Shown in pieces: positions 21,732 to 30,397 of a stretch of DNA of 55,238 bases. Below the pieces are notes generated by a model that was not told the origin of the DNA, did not search any database, and saw only the letters and a program-made list of their open reading frames with translations. Source of the stretch: Thiotrichales bacterium (GTDB taxonomy: Bacteria > Pseudomonadota > Gammaproteobacteria > GCF-002020875); assembly GCA_018658305.1 (NCBI GenBank), contig JABHVM010000030.1, positions 1 to 55,238 of the forward strand, in the 5' to 3' direction. Each line of letters begins with the position of its first letter. Positions within the stretch are counted from its first letter, which is position 1. The translations under genes were made by a program, and so were the position numbers.

Positions 21732-22160
21732 ATGACAGATTCAAAAACAGATTCTACCCTCTGCCCATTCGCTAGAGCAATTCTCAACACCCACTCACAC
21801 TGCAGAGAGAGTGAGTCATTCCATATTGCAGAACGACACGGAGTGCGGTGTGCGTCAGCAGAGATGCAGCGGCACTGTCAAAGTTATTTTAAAGAGATAA
21901 AAAAAGAGAGTAGCTTTGCTTTAGGTGTGACCAAACTTCCTCAGCAGATGACTAGTAATATGGGACTACAGATGCAGTGCGGGGCAGTTGAGGGACTACG
22001 CAGAGCTGTTAAAAATAGTAAAGATGAGAGTATTATAGATACCATAATCCAAGCAGAGCAGCAGTTTGGCTCCACCCATAACTTTCCATATCAACAGATC
22101 AACCAAGCTATCAGTAGCTGGAAATCCCGCAAGAGAGGAAGAAGATTCTCCTCTCTTTAA
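21732..22160 (+). CDS. Hypothetical Cys-containing protein divergent from sat
   Basis: 142 aa; CPF...C...ERHGVRC...C...QCG pattern. Confidence 0.7.
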   Translation: MTDSKTDSTLCPFARAILNTHSHCRESESFHIAERHGVRCASAEMQRHCQSYFKEIKKESSFALGVTKLPQQMTSNMGLQMQCGAVEGLRRAVKNSKDESIIDTIIQAEQQFGSTHNFPYQQINQAISSWKSRKRGRRFSSL

Positions 22161-22173
22161 ATATTGACCTTAA

Positions 22174-22560
22174 CTATTCCCCCTGCTTAGCCTGATAATT
22201 TTCTACCGCAGCTTTAATAGCATCTTCAGCCAATACAGAACAGTGAACCTTTACTGGAGGGAGTGCTAGCTCTTCAGCAATATCAGAATTTTTAATCTGC
22301 TGCGCCTCATCTAGCGTTTTGCCTTTTACCCACTCAGTCACTAGAGAGCTAGAGGCTATAGCTGAACCACAGCCGTAGGTCTTAAATTTTGCATCTTCAA
22401 TAACACCATTATCATCAACCTTGATCTGCAACTTCATCACATCACCGCAGGCTGGTGCGCCTACCATTCCTGTCCCAACAGTTGTGGAGTCCTTATCCAT
22501 AACTCCAACATTTCTTGGGTTCTCATAATGATCCATCACTTTTTCGCTATATGCCATCAT
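22174..22560 (-). CDS. iscU: Fe-S cluster scaffold
   Basis: YSEKVMDHYENPRNVG, GAPACGD, YGCGSAIA, LPPVKVHC. Confidence 0.97.
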   Translation of the reverse strand: MMAYSEKVMDHYENPRNVGVMDKDSTTVGTGMVGAPACGDVMKLQIKVDDNGVIEDAKFKTYGCGSAIASSSLVTEWVKGKTLDEAQQIKNSDIAEELALPPVKVHCSVLAEDAIKAAVENYQAKQGE

Positions 22561-22587
22561 ACTACTCCTAAAAATTGCGCATCAATA

Positions 22588-22612
22588 ATACCTGACTTAT
22601 TTGCTATGGTAT
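22588..22612. promoter_or_regulatory. Putative IscR/Rrf2 type-1 operator upstream of iscU
   Basis: ATACCTGACTTATTTGCTATGGTAT: 25 bp, left half matches ATASYYGACT; overlaps a minus-strand TTGCAA-N16-TACCAT promoter. Confidence 0.55.
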
Positions 22613-22785
22613 CATATCCACCGTTATTTGCAAGTTTTTTTAAATTGCCATAACCTCTTCCAACCAAGTAGTATAATTGATATCATCTACTAAATCTAGT
22701 ACAAAAGTTACGGCATAAAAATTAACATCTACTAAAATCGCAAACGACTCCACATCTAACCCAACCCAATCTACCTAAAAACAGT

Positions 22786-24282
22786 ATGTCAAAATCACCC
22801 ACGCCCATCCAATACACTCAAAAATTCTCCCTCCTTAAACAGACTGGAATTCTACTTACCATAATAAGCCTGCTTGCTGTTATAGGTATAGGAAGTTCGA
22901 CGATTATAATAGAGACAACTCAAGGAGCAACTAGTGCGGTAAATATTGCAGGATCACTCCGAATGTACGCCTACAAGATAGCATCACATATGGGGCAGGA
23001 TCAATATAAAAGAGAAATTGTGATTGATAAGTTAGAGGTTCTTATCCACCAATTTGATAACCGTCTCAGCCACCCCAACCTGGTACACATACTTGCAGAG
23101 GGCGAGAACAGTAGAGAGCTCCCACTAAATTTACTCTACTACTCCATAGCTGGACAGTGGGAATCTGAATTTAAACCAATTCTCACCCACTACATAGAGG
23201 AGTTAGGTAACGACGATCTAAACGAAGATCAACTTAAAGATCTCCAGCTTAAACATCAAAAAGAGTATCTCTCACTAGTTGATCACTTTATTTTTAATAT
23301 AACTAATTTGGTAACTTTGATTGAAGAGAATACCGAAACACGGATTCAACTCCTACGCGACATTGAGTATATAGCGCTCCCCCTACTTCTACTTGCCATC
23401 CTTGCTACCCCGCTTCTCCTCTACTTTAGAATATTACTCCCACTGCGCGACCTGTTAGAAATCTCCCAGCTAGTACGCCAGCACGAATTCTCTCGCCAAG
23501 CCCACTATCTACGCAAGGATGAGTTAGGAGAGGTCGGACACGCCTTCAACCTGATGACCACCGACCTCTCGGCAACTTATGCGGAGTTAGAGGATAAAGT
23601 TATAGAGAGAACTAACGACCTCATTCAAGAGGCGAACCGTATCACAATGCTAGAGGAGCGCAGCAACATTGCCCAAGAACTTCATGACTCAATCGCCCAA
23701 TCTGTCTTCTATATGAGAATGCAGATTAGTAGAATTAAGACTCTCTGTAGACGCCAAACCCCACTAGATGAGTTAATTCCAATTATTGAGGAGCTCAGCC
23801 AGAGTAATGACGACAACAATAAACAGCTCCGTGAACTTATATCCACCTTTAGAATAGAGGTGAATCCCGCAGGCCTTACTGTTGCACTTGAAGATATCAT
23901 CAAGAGATATAGCGAGCGCGGAGATACAGATCTTAAATTTGAAAATAGAGTTCCAGAATTTAAATTCAGCCACAATGAAGAGGTCCATCTGATTCAGATA
24001 ACTCAAGAAGCGGTATCAAACATAATCAAACATGCTAACGCTCAACAGGGAGTTATTACCCTAAAACATGATAGAGAGAGCAATAAAATAATTCTAACTA
24101 TCCGTGATGATGGAGTCGGCATCCCAGAGAATCCAGAGCGTCCTAACCACTTTGGTTTAAAGACCATGCAGGAGCGAGGAGAGAGTATGCATGGCAAAAT
24201 AAAGATAGTTGCACTCCCAACCAGAGGAACCAAACTTACCCTCAAATTTCACCCTGCTCTCACTCAAGAAGCAGAGTTATAA
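22786..24282 (+). CDS. NarX/NarQ-type nitrate/nitrite sensor histidine kinase
   Basis: P-box-like AVNIAGSLRM, HAMP (DELG), ERSNIAQELHDSIAQ, EAVSNIIKHA, DDGVG, HFGLKTMQER. Confidence 0.88.
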   Translation: MSKSPTPIQYTQKFSLLKQTGILLTIISLLAVIGIGSSTIIIETTQGATSAVNIAGSLRMYAYKIASHMGQDQYKREIVIDKLEVLIHQFDNRLSHPNLVHILAEGENSRELPLNLLYYSIAGQWESEFKPILTHYIEELGNDDLNEDQLKDLQLKHQKEYLSLVDHFIFNITNLVTLIEENTETRIQLLRDIEYIALPLLLLAILATPLLLYFRILLPLRDLLEISQLVRQHEFSRQAHYLRKDELGEVGHAFNLMTTDLSATYAELEDKVIERTNDLIQEANRITMLEERSNIAQELHDSIAQSVFYMRMQISRIKTLCRRQTPLDELIPIIEELSQSNDDNNKQLRELISTFRIEVNPAGLTVALEDIIKRYSERGDTDLKFENRVPEFKFSHNEEVHLIQITQEAVSNIIKHANAQQGVITLKHDRESNKIILTIRDDGVGIPENPERPNHFGLKTMQERGESMHGKIKIVALPTRGTKLTLKFHPALTQEAEL

Positions 24283-24465
24283 ATAGAGAGCTCTAGCGTA
24301 ACACTATACAAAACCTATCAGTTTAAAAAAACTTGACAAAATTACTTTACTATTGCGGCTAGTTACTCTATAATGGTAATTATTAGCAGACGTTAATACT
24401 GTTGAATTGCACCGTAGAGTACAAGACAGACCAAATTATAACCACCAATTTTGAGAACCAATACT

Positions 24466-25131
24466 ATGACTGAAAACATTACCGCAAATAGCAAATTATC
24501 CCTAATCCTGATTGACGACCATCCTCTAATCCGCAAAGGGATTAGACAGACCGTCGAACTCCACAGCGACATAACCATTATTGGCGAAGCTGATAGCGGA
24601 ACAGAGGGTCTGAAAATCATTAAAGAGAAGCAGCCAGATATGGTGCTTGTAGACCTTAATATGGCAATAATGGATGGAATTAACACCCTAAAGAAAATTA
24701 AAAAGAGCTGGCCTGGGATGAAGGTTGTTATTTTAACCGTCTCTGACAACCCTAAAAATATTGTCAACGCATTCCGTAACAAGGCAGATGGCTACCTCCT
24801 AAAAAATACAGATCCAGAAAGTATCGCTTCACTACTTATAGATGTAATGGCTGGTGAGATGGTAATGAGCCCAGAAGTTGAGAAGATCCACAATAAAGCT
24901 AAAAAAGATAAGCATGGACTCCCCGCACAAAACTTAACTAGACGAGAGGATGAAGTTCTCAGATTGATCGCAGATGGACTCTCTAACCAAGAAGTTGCAG
25001 ATCGCCTTGGTATCTCAGTCTGGACCGCAAAAGTTCATGCCAAACATATTGTATCTAAGATCGGACTTAAATCTCGTAATGAGCTTATTGTTTGGGCTAT
25101 TCGTGAAGGAATTACTAATGATAATAATTAG
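24466..25131 (+). CDS. NarL/NarP-type response regulator
   Basis: IDDHP, DLNM, ILTVSD, ADGYLLK receiver domain; LuxR HTH with TAKVHAKH...LKSR resembling NarL. Confidence 0.88.
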   Translation: MTENITANSKLSLILIDDHPLIRKGIRQTVELHSDITIIGEADSGTEGLKIIKEKQPDMVLVDLNMAIMDGINTLKKIKKSWPGMKVVILTVSDNPKNIVNAFRNKADGYLLKNTDPESIASLLIDVMAGEMVMSPEVEKIHNKAKKDKHGLPAQNLTRREDEVLRLIADGLSNQEVADRLGISVWTAKVHAKHIVSKIGLKSRNELIVWAIREGITNDNN

Positions 25132-25151
25132 TTAGTTAGTTAGTTAGTTAG
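25128..25151. repeat. (TTAG)6 microsatellite
   Basis: Six tandem TTAG units overlapping and following the response-regulator stop codon. Confidence 0.85.
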
Positions 25152-25213
25152 ATACTAAGCTAATTAACTAGCTAGCTAGTAAATTAATTACTAATAACTT
25201 CATCCACAACCAT

Positions 25214-25250
25214 AAAAAAACCCCACCCGATACTATCAGGTGGGGTTTTT
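25214..25250. terminator. Bidirectional intrinsic terminator
   Basis: AAAAAAACCCCACC...GGTGGGGTTTTT between convergent genes. Confidence 0.85.
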
Positions 25251-25310
25251 CTGGTCTTGCGACCTAAGCTTTAAGGCTTATTGTATAAATTAACAATCTA
25301 AGTGTGCAAC

Positions 25311-26747
25311 TTAGTGTTTAATTTTATACTTAGCTTTAAATGCTTTCTGATCAGCTTTACGCTTCGCAGCAACTTTTGGATCCTCTTTTCCAAGGAACCA
25401 CATATGTCCAGGCATATTAAGAACTTCATCAAGCGTTGCTTTTAGGTGATGCGCTGCTTTCTGCTGCTCCGCATTACCATGCTCGCCCTTCTCGATAAGC
25501 TCTCTAAGCTCAGGTACTAACTCAGTGTAGAAGTTCTTACCTAAATCGTAAGTACCTTCCCAATGAGTAATATCTGGACCCATCATAGATGCTGCCATTC
25601 TTGCACGGCGACCTTCATGATGCCATAACTCGAACCATACGAAGTCGATCTTACTAGAGAACTTAGGTAGAGCGATAAGTGGCTTAGCAGCCTTCATCAA
25701 CTTAAGACCTGGTTTACCATACTTACGGTTATACATCTCAACCATACCGTCGTACTGAACATACCAGTTCTCAACCCAACCCTCTTCGTGACATGACTGA
25801 CATACATCTTTCATCTTATCACGACGATCTTCCCAACCAACTGTTCCAGCAATCCAACCCTGCTTCTTAGATACAGGAGGACGGTTAGTCCAGCTTATGC
25901 GATCTCCAACATTATGAGTAACAGACTGCTTGCGAGTAGCACTCATATGACATGTTGAACAAGTAGGAGCTGCGTAGTAATCCTCGCCTGGAATCCACTT
26001 AGAGTTATCCATATTCATCTTATCAATGTTAGCTACATAAGCTATACCATGCTTAGACTCGTCATAGATCTCTTTCTGTGGATGGTCTGGACCCATATGA
26101 CACTTAGTACAGTTTTCTGGATGACGCGCTTGCGCTACAGAGAACTGATGGCGTGAGTGACACGCAGCACAGGTACCTTTAGAACCATCAGGGTTGATTC
26201 GGCCAATACCGGTATTAGGCCAAGTTGCTGGATCTAGAGAACCATCTTCTAGAACTACAACTTTAGAGCCATGACACTGCCAGCAGCCATTTACAGCAGC
26301 AGCAGAAACACCGTCAGGGAATCCTTCAGTAACCATCCCCATATCACCCTCTACAACCTCAGCCAGTAGGTTATCAAGAGAACCCATAATCTTACCTGCT
26401 TCCGCATGGTGAGAAGATGTCATCTCTTGCTCTTCTACTGAGTGACAGTTTGCACAATCAGCTGGAGAAACAATAATTGAAATATGTTTCTTCACCTTTT
26501 TACCATCATGGATAAACGCATCTGCGTCGCCCGCATCAGCTGCATGACACTCATAACAACCAACATTGGCACCGTAGTGCTTACTTGCTCCCCACATCTG
26601 AACTAGACCTGGGTTATTCTTCTTATGGCACGCCACACACTCCTTGGTTTCGTCTGACATCACAGCTGGGGCTTTACTTACTGCAGCCTGCGCTGTTGTC
26701 ATTGCACCAAGAAGGAGTATTGCACCGCTAACTACTCTTAGAAACAT
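25311..26747 (-). CDS. Octaheme cytochrome c, hydroxylamine oxidoreductase family (epsilon-Hao-like)
   Basis: Signal peptide; eight CxxCH motifs (CVACH, CYECH, CANCH, CWQCH, CAACH, CTKCH, CSTCH, CQSCH); WPNTGIGRINPDGS, CHMGPDHPQ, WHHEGRRAR. Confidence 0.9.
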   Translation of the reverse strand: MFLRVVSGAILLLGAMTTAQAAVSKAPAVMSDETKECVACHKKNNPGLVQMWGASKHYGANVGCYECHAADAGDADAFIHDGKKVKKHISIIVSPADCANCHSVEEQEMTSSHHAEAGKIMGSLDNLLAEVVEGDMGMVTEGFPDGVSAAAVNGCWQCHGSKVVVLEDGSLDPATWPNTGIGRINPDGSKGTCAACHSRHQFSVAQARHPENCTKCHMGPDHPQKEIYDESKHGIAYVANIDKMNMDNSKWIPGEDYYAAPTCSTCHMSATRKQSVTHNVGDRISWTNRPPVSKKQGWIAGTVGWEDRRDKMKDVCQSCHEEGWVENWYVQYDGMVEMYNRKYGKPGLKLMKAAKPLIALPKFSSKIDFVWFELWHHEGRRARMAASMMGPDITHWEGTYDLGKNFYTELVPELRELIEKGEHGNAEQQKAAHHLKATLDEVLNMPGHMWFLGKEDPKVAAKRKADQKAFKAKYKIKH

Positions 26748-26861
26748 AATGTTTCCTCCGTTCTTTTAGTTAAATTAAACATAGATATCTATATTACCCA
26801 CTCTGAAGTAGAAACCTCATAAATCTTCGAAGCGAGAGTTCTACCCATTACGGGTGAAGAG

Positions 26862-26958
26862 GATATTACAGAGAGTTAATTTTAATTGCAAGCTTTTTTT
26901 TAAAAAAAACTAACCTTTTTAGGTATTTTTTCAAAAGAATTGATATTACAGAGAGTTA
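26862..26958. repeat. 17-bp direct repeat GATATTACAGAGAGTTA x2 upstream of the HAO-like gene
   Basis: Identical copies at 26862-26878 and 26942-26958. Confidence 0.8.
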
Positions 26959-27002
26959 TAAAAAAGAATACCTAGGGGTTGATCTACTATTTTTAGCTAT
27001 AA

Positions 27003-27851
27003 TTAACTGCAACCTTTATTGAAGCGGCTTCCATAACAGAACACTTGGGGAGCACATACATCTATACACCGACCACAGTTGGTACACTGCTCACTATTGA
27101 TAACTGGAGAGTAACCATCTTTCCCCTTTAGAGCTACCCTTATCACTTGCGGTTCTGGACAAACCACAAAGCAATCCATGCAGTCATTACAAGAGCTGCG
27201 TTGCGCTGCGCGTACTCGGAGCAGACTAAACCTACCTAACAGACTATAGAATGCACCCATAGGACAGACGTGTCCACACCATCCATTTCTACTCCACAGG
27301 AGGTCATATAAAAACACTCCAACCACTACACTCCAACCAAGCCCAACACTATAGAATATACTGCGCTGAAGTAGGGTAACAGGATTCACCAGCTCCCAGA
27401 GCATGGAACCAGTAAAGAGTGAAAGTAGCACAACCATAGCTAGAACCCAATAACGGGTCTGCGGAGAGAGTTCACACTTTTTCTTAAGCCCCAACTTACG
27501 CCGTAACCAGGCTGCTGTATCTGTCACCATATTCATAGGACAGACCCACGAACAGTAGACTCTACCACCTACTATCAAATAGAAGAGCACCACAAGTAGT
27601 GCCCCAATTAGGGCCGTGCTCTCAAATACTTGTCCCGCAGCCAGAGTCTGTAGATATAAAAATGGATCAGTTAGAGGAACTGTTTCTAACAGTACGCTAG
27701 ATGCCAGACTGCCATTTATAATTGTGAGAGGGGCAAATAGAAAGAGCATAATAATTGATATTTGAGAGAGACGACGCAACAGTAGCCACTTATGCGCTCT
27801 AAACCGCCCCTTCTCTTTAACCGCTTCACTTCCTGCCGCTACTCTCTTCAT
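27003..27851 (-). CDS. napH: Quinol dehydrogenase membrane subunit
   Basis: LLRRLSQ, GGRVYCSWVCP, GWCGHVCPMG, CNDCMDCFVVCPEPQV, CTNCGRCIDVC. Confidence 0.95.
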   Translation of the reverse strand: MKRVAAGSEAVKEKGRFRAHKWLLLRRLSQISIIMLFLFAPLTIINGSLASSVLLETVPLTDPFLYLQTLAAGQVFESTALIGALLVVLFYLIVGGRVYCSWVCPMNMVTDTAAWLRRKLGLKKKCELSPQTRYWVLAMVVLLSLFTGSMLWELVNPVTLLQRSIFYSVGLGWSVVVGVFLYDLLWSRNGWCGHVCPMGAFYSLLGRFSLLRVRAAQRSSCNDCMDCFVVCPEPQVIRVALKGKDGYSPVINSEQCTNCGRCIDVCAPQVFCYGSRFNKGCS

Positions 27852-28426
27852 TAGTTATCCTCTTTAACAATTTCTCTATGATGGAGTGACAGCGCATCCA
27901 CTGGGCAGGGCGCTATACATGCACCACATCCATTACATTTATCTGTACTCATCTCCATCTGCACCGCGCCACCAACGCGCGGTCTAAACTTAAACACCTC
28001 TTCCAGACACTGATCTCCACAGACTTGACAGACAACTCCTCTCTGCGCAATACAGGTGTGAGCTAAACGAACCTCCATACTCCACGCAACCCCCTGTTCA
28101 TCATCCTCTGTAGGGAGAAAACGCAGCGCTTGTGGCTTACAGTGATTCACACACTCTCCGCAGAATGTACACTCTCCGCGCTTGAACTCAACCACTGGAA
28201 ACTTAGCGCGCGCCTCCACTAAAATATTAGTCTCACAATATTTTACACATTCACCACAACGGGTGCACTCTTCTGTAAACTGATACTCAGGCAGAGCCCA
28301 TGGTGGTCTTAGTGGACGATTTTTACCTCTAATATCTCCGCGTAAAAATTGCGCACGACTCACCCCTCTCTGTACCTCTGACTGTCTCTCTTCACGCTTG
28401 CGACCACTCTTAAAAAAATCAAACAT
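27851..28426 (-). CDS. napF: Ferredoxin-type protein
   Basis: SRAQFLRG, LRPPWA, four Cys clusters (CTRCGEC, CTFCGEC, CQVCGDQC, CNGCGAC). Start is 28426 or the TTG at 28438. Confidence 0.9.
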   Translation of the reverse strand: MFDFFKSGRKREERQSEVQRGVSRAQFLRGDIRGKNRPLRPPWALPEYQFTEECTRCGECVKYCETNILVEARAKFPVVEFKRGECTFCGECVNHCKPQALRFLPTEDDEQGVAWSMEVRLAHTCIAQRGVVCQVCGDQCLEEVFKFRPRVGGAVQMEMSTDKCNGCGACIAPCPVDALSLHHREIVKEDN

Positions 28427-28465
28427 ATCTATTCTCAATCAACCTTACTCTCTTCATCCCAGTAA

Positions 28466-29068
28466 CTACCCTACCACATCTAGGAAGCGGGAACGGAACC
28501 CTACTCCACACTGCTCTGCCAACGCTTTACATTCGGCTATATTTACTCCATCTAAACCATCAATGGCACTCGCCCTTACTAATGGAATACTCTCTCCTGC
28601 TAGTCGCAAAAAATCCAGCATCGCCGCAAATGATCCCTCTAACTGAGGATGACAATGAATATTATAGACCTCTTCGTTCTGCCCATTCATAGAGACCGAG
28701 AGCTCATCTATCAATCCCACCATCTCTGGAACTACATTGCGCTTATGAAACAGGTTAGCTAATCCATCGGTATTAATTCTAGTTAAACCGCCTCTCTCCT
28801 TAATCCAGCCAGCAACCTCCAGCAACAACTTTAAACGCAGAGTAGGTTCACCATAGCCACAAAATACTATCTGACTATACTCTAGTGGATCGCCGATTGC
28901 AGCAATCACCTCTGCAAAGCTCGGGCGATGATCTGCAGTTAGATTGTATTCATGCACCTGCATACTGCCCTGCGTCTTAGGACAAAATTCACAAACCAGA
29001 GTACAACGATCTGTAATACTCAGGTATAGTCTATCTTCGATAGGGTATGCAATTGTCTGGTTTGGCAC
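28466..29068 (-). CDS. Radical SAM protein (TatD-associated type)
   Basis: LYLSITDRCTLVCEFC (CxxxCxxC), VFCGYGEPT, RINTDG, SVSMN. Confidence 0.82.
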   Translation of the reverse strand: MPNQTIAYPIEDRLYLSITDRCTLVCEFCPKTQGSMQVHEYNLTADHRPSFAEVIAAIGDPLEYSQIVFCGYGEPTLRLKLLLEVAGWIKERGGLTRINTDGLANLFHKRNVVPEMVGLIDELSVSMNGQNEEVYNIHCHPQLEGSFAAMLDFLRLAGESIPLVRASAIDGLDGVNIAECKALAEQCGVGFRSRFLDVVG

Positions 29069-29127
29069 TATACTCTCTCTTCTCTAGAAATATTCACTAA
29101 CATTAAATAACCAATGGCAAAATTAAA

Positions 29128-29688
29128 ATGAGACATCTTAGCACTATACTACCATCACTCCTATCAATTATCTTATCTTCTCTAGCCGTAACTAGCGCAA
29201 CTGCTACCCCCAACTCTTCCCCTACCCTTCTCGATGCGGCTAATCAGGGAGAGGTTCAGTTAACTAAAAAACTTCTAAATAGTATGGCTCCACTCTATCC
29301 GCGCACTAGATCAGGTGAAACCCCTCTCCATCGCGCTGCATATCATGGCTATCCAGAGATTGTTAAGCTCCTTATATCTGCCGAGAGCGTAGTAAATGCT
29401 GTCTCGCGACCAGGTGAGACTCCGCTCCATAAAGCTGCTCAGAAGGGACATATAGATATTATTCAACAACTCCTTACTGCGGGTGCAGAGGTAGATAAAC
29501 AGAACGAATATGGCATCAGCCCACTGCAGCAAGCGATCACAGCAGGACAACTAGAGAGCGTTAAACTACTTTTAGGCTGGGGAGCAGATCCAAAACTTGT
29601 AGATAAACTTGGCATAACCCCTCTGCAGTATGCTACTATGGAGGATGAGTTTGAGATTACAGAACTACTGAAGCAGTATCTCAAGTAA
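29128..29688 (+). CDS. Exported ankyrin-repeat protein
   Basis: Signal peptide plus repeated GETPLH, GISPL and GITPL motifs. Confidence 0.9.
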   Translation: MRHLSTILPSLLSIILSSLAVTSATATPNSSPTLLDAANQGEVQLTKKLLNSMAPLYPRTRSGETPLHRAAYHGYPEIVKLLISAESVVNAVSRPGETPLHKAAQKGHIDIIQQLLTAGAEVDKQNEYGISPLQQAITAGQLESVKLLLGWGADPKLVDKLGITPLQYATMEDEFEITELLKQYLK

Positions 29689-29757
29689 GTAGTAGTATTC
29701 AAAAAACCATATATGATCACCAATTAACCAATATTTTTTACCAAAGGAGACAATTTT

Positions 29758-30384
29758 ATGAACTTACACGCAATCAACATTCAACTTATAAACAGAAAAC
29801 TATCGGGAGCTTTAGTAGCATCTGCTATGCTACTAGCGAGCGGGCCTCTATCTGCAGCAACTAACACTCAACAGAGTGACAATATGGCAAATATGGGGAT
29901 GAGTGACGCTATTAACTTCTACATCCAAGCTCTACCTATGGAGTTAGACTCCTTGACGCGGGTTCAGTTATTAGATAAGTCTGAAGATATTTTGACCAAC
30001 ATTATAAAAGCTGATCCAAAATCTCTGGAAGCACACCGTAAGCTCCTCGCAGTCTATATGCAGAAGTTAGAGTACAACAAAGGGATCAGCATAGTTAAAA
30101 ATGCAATTAATCTCAGCCCAGAAGATCCTAAGCTCTTTATCACCCTAGCGATCCTCTACCAGAAAATTGGGGCGTTAGAGTACTCTTTAGCTATGGTAGA
30201 GCAGGCTCTAGAACTTGACCCTCAACATATTGTCGCTAAAGATTACAAGGTATTGCTCCAGAAAAAAATTGAGGCAGATAAGGCTGGAGGAACACATAAC
30301 AGCATGTCTAACAGTATGCCTAGTAGCGGTGCACCACACGGTAAGCTCAACCCTGTAGGGGCAGCGGCTCCATCGGCACACTAA
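29758..30384 (+). CDS. Exported TPR-repeat protein
   Basis: Signal peptide, TPR-like helices (AINLSPEDP, ALELDPQH), Met/His-containing tail. Confidence 0.78.
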   Translation: MNLHAINIQLINRKLSGALVASAMLLASGPLSAATNTQQSDNMANMGMSDAINFYIQALPMELDSLTRVQLLDKSEDILTNIIKADPKSLEAHRKLLAVYMQKLEYNKGISIVKNAINLSPEDPKLFITLAILYQKIGALEYSLAMVEQALELDPQHIVAKDYKVLLQKKIEADKAGGTHNSMSNSMPSSGAPHGKLNPVGAAAPSAH

Positions 30385-30397
30385 AGAGAGTAACTAA

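Noticed and set aside
25311-26747. Evidence for ammonia oxidation or anammox
   Set aside because: No amo, cycA/cycB or hzs genes are nearby, the cross-linking Tyr appears absent, and the context is nitrate reduction.
26930-26995. FNR boxes upstream of the HAO-like gene (and of napA)
   Set aside because: Only TTGAT half-sites are present; there is no convincing TTGAT-N4-ATCAA.
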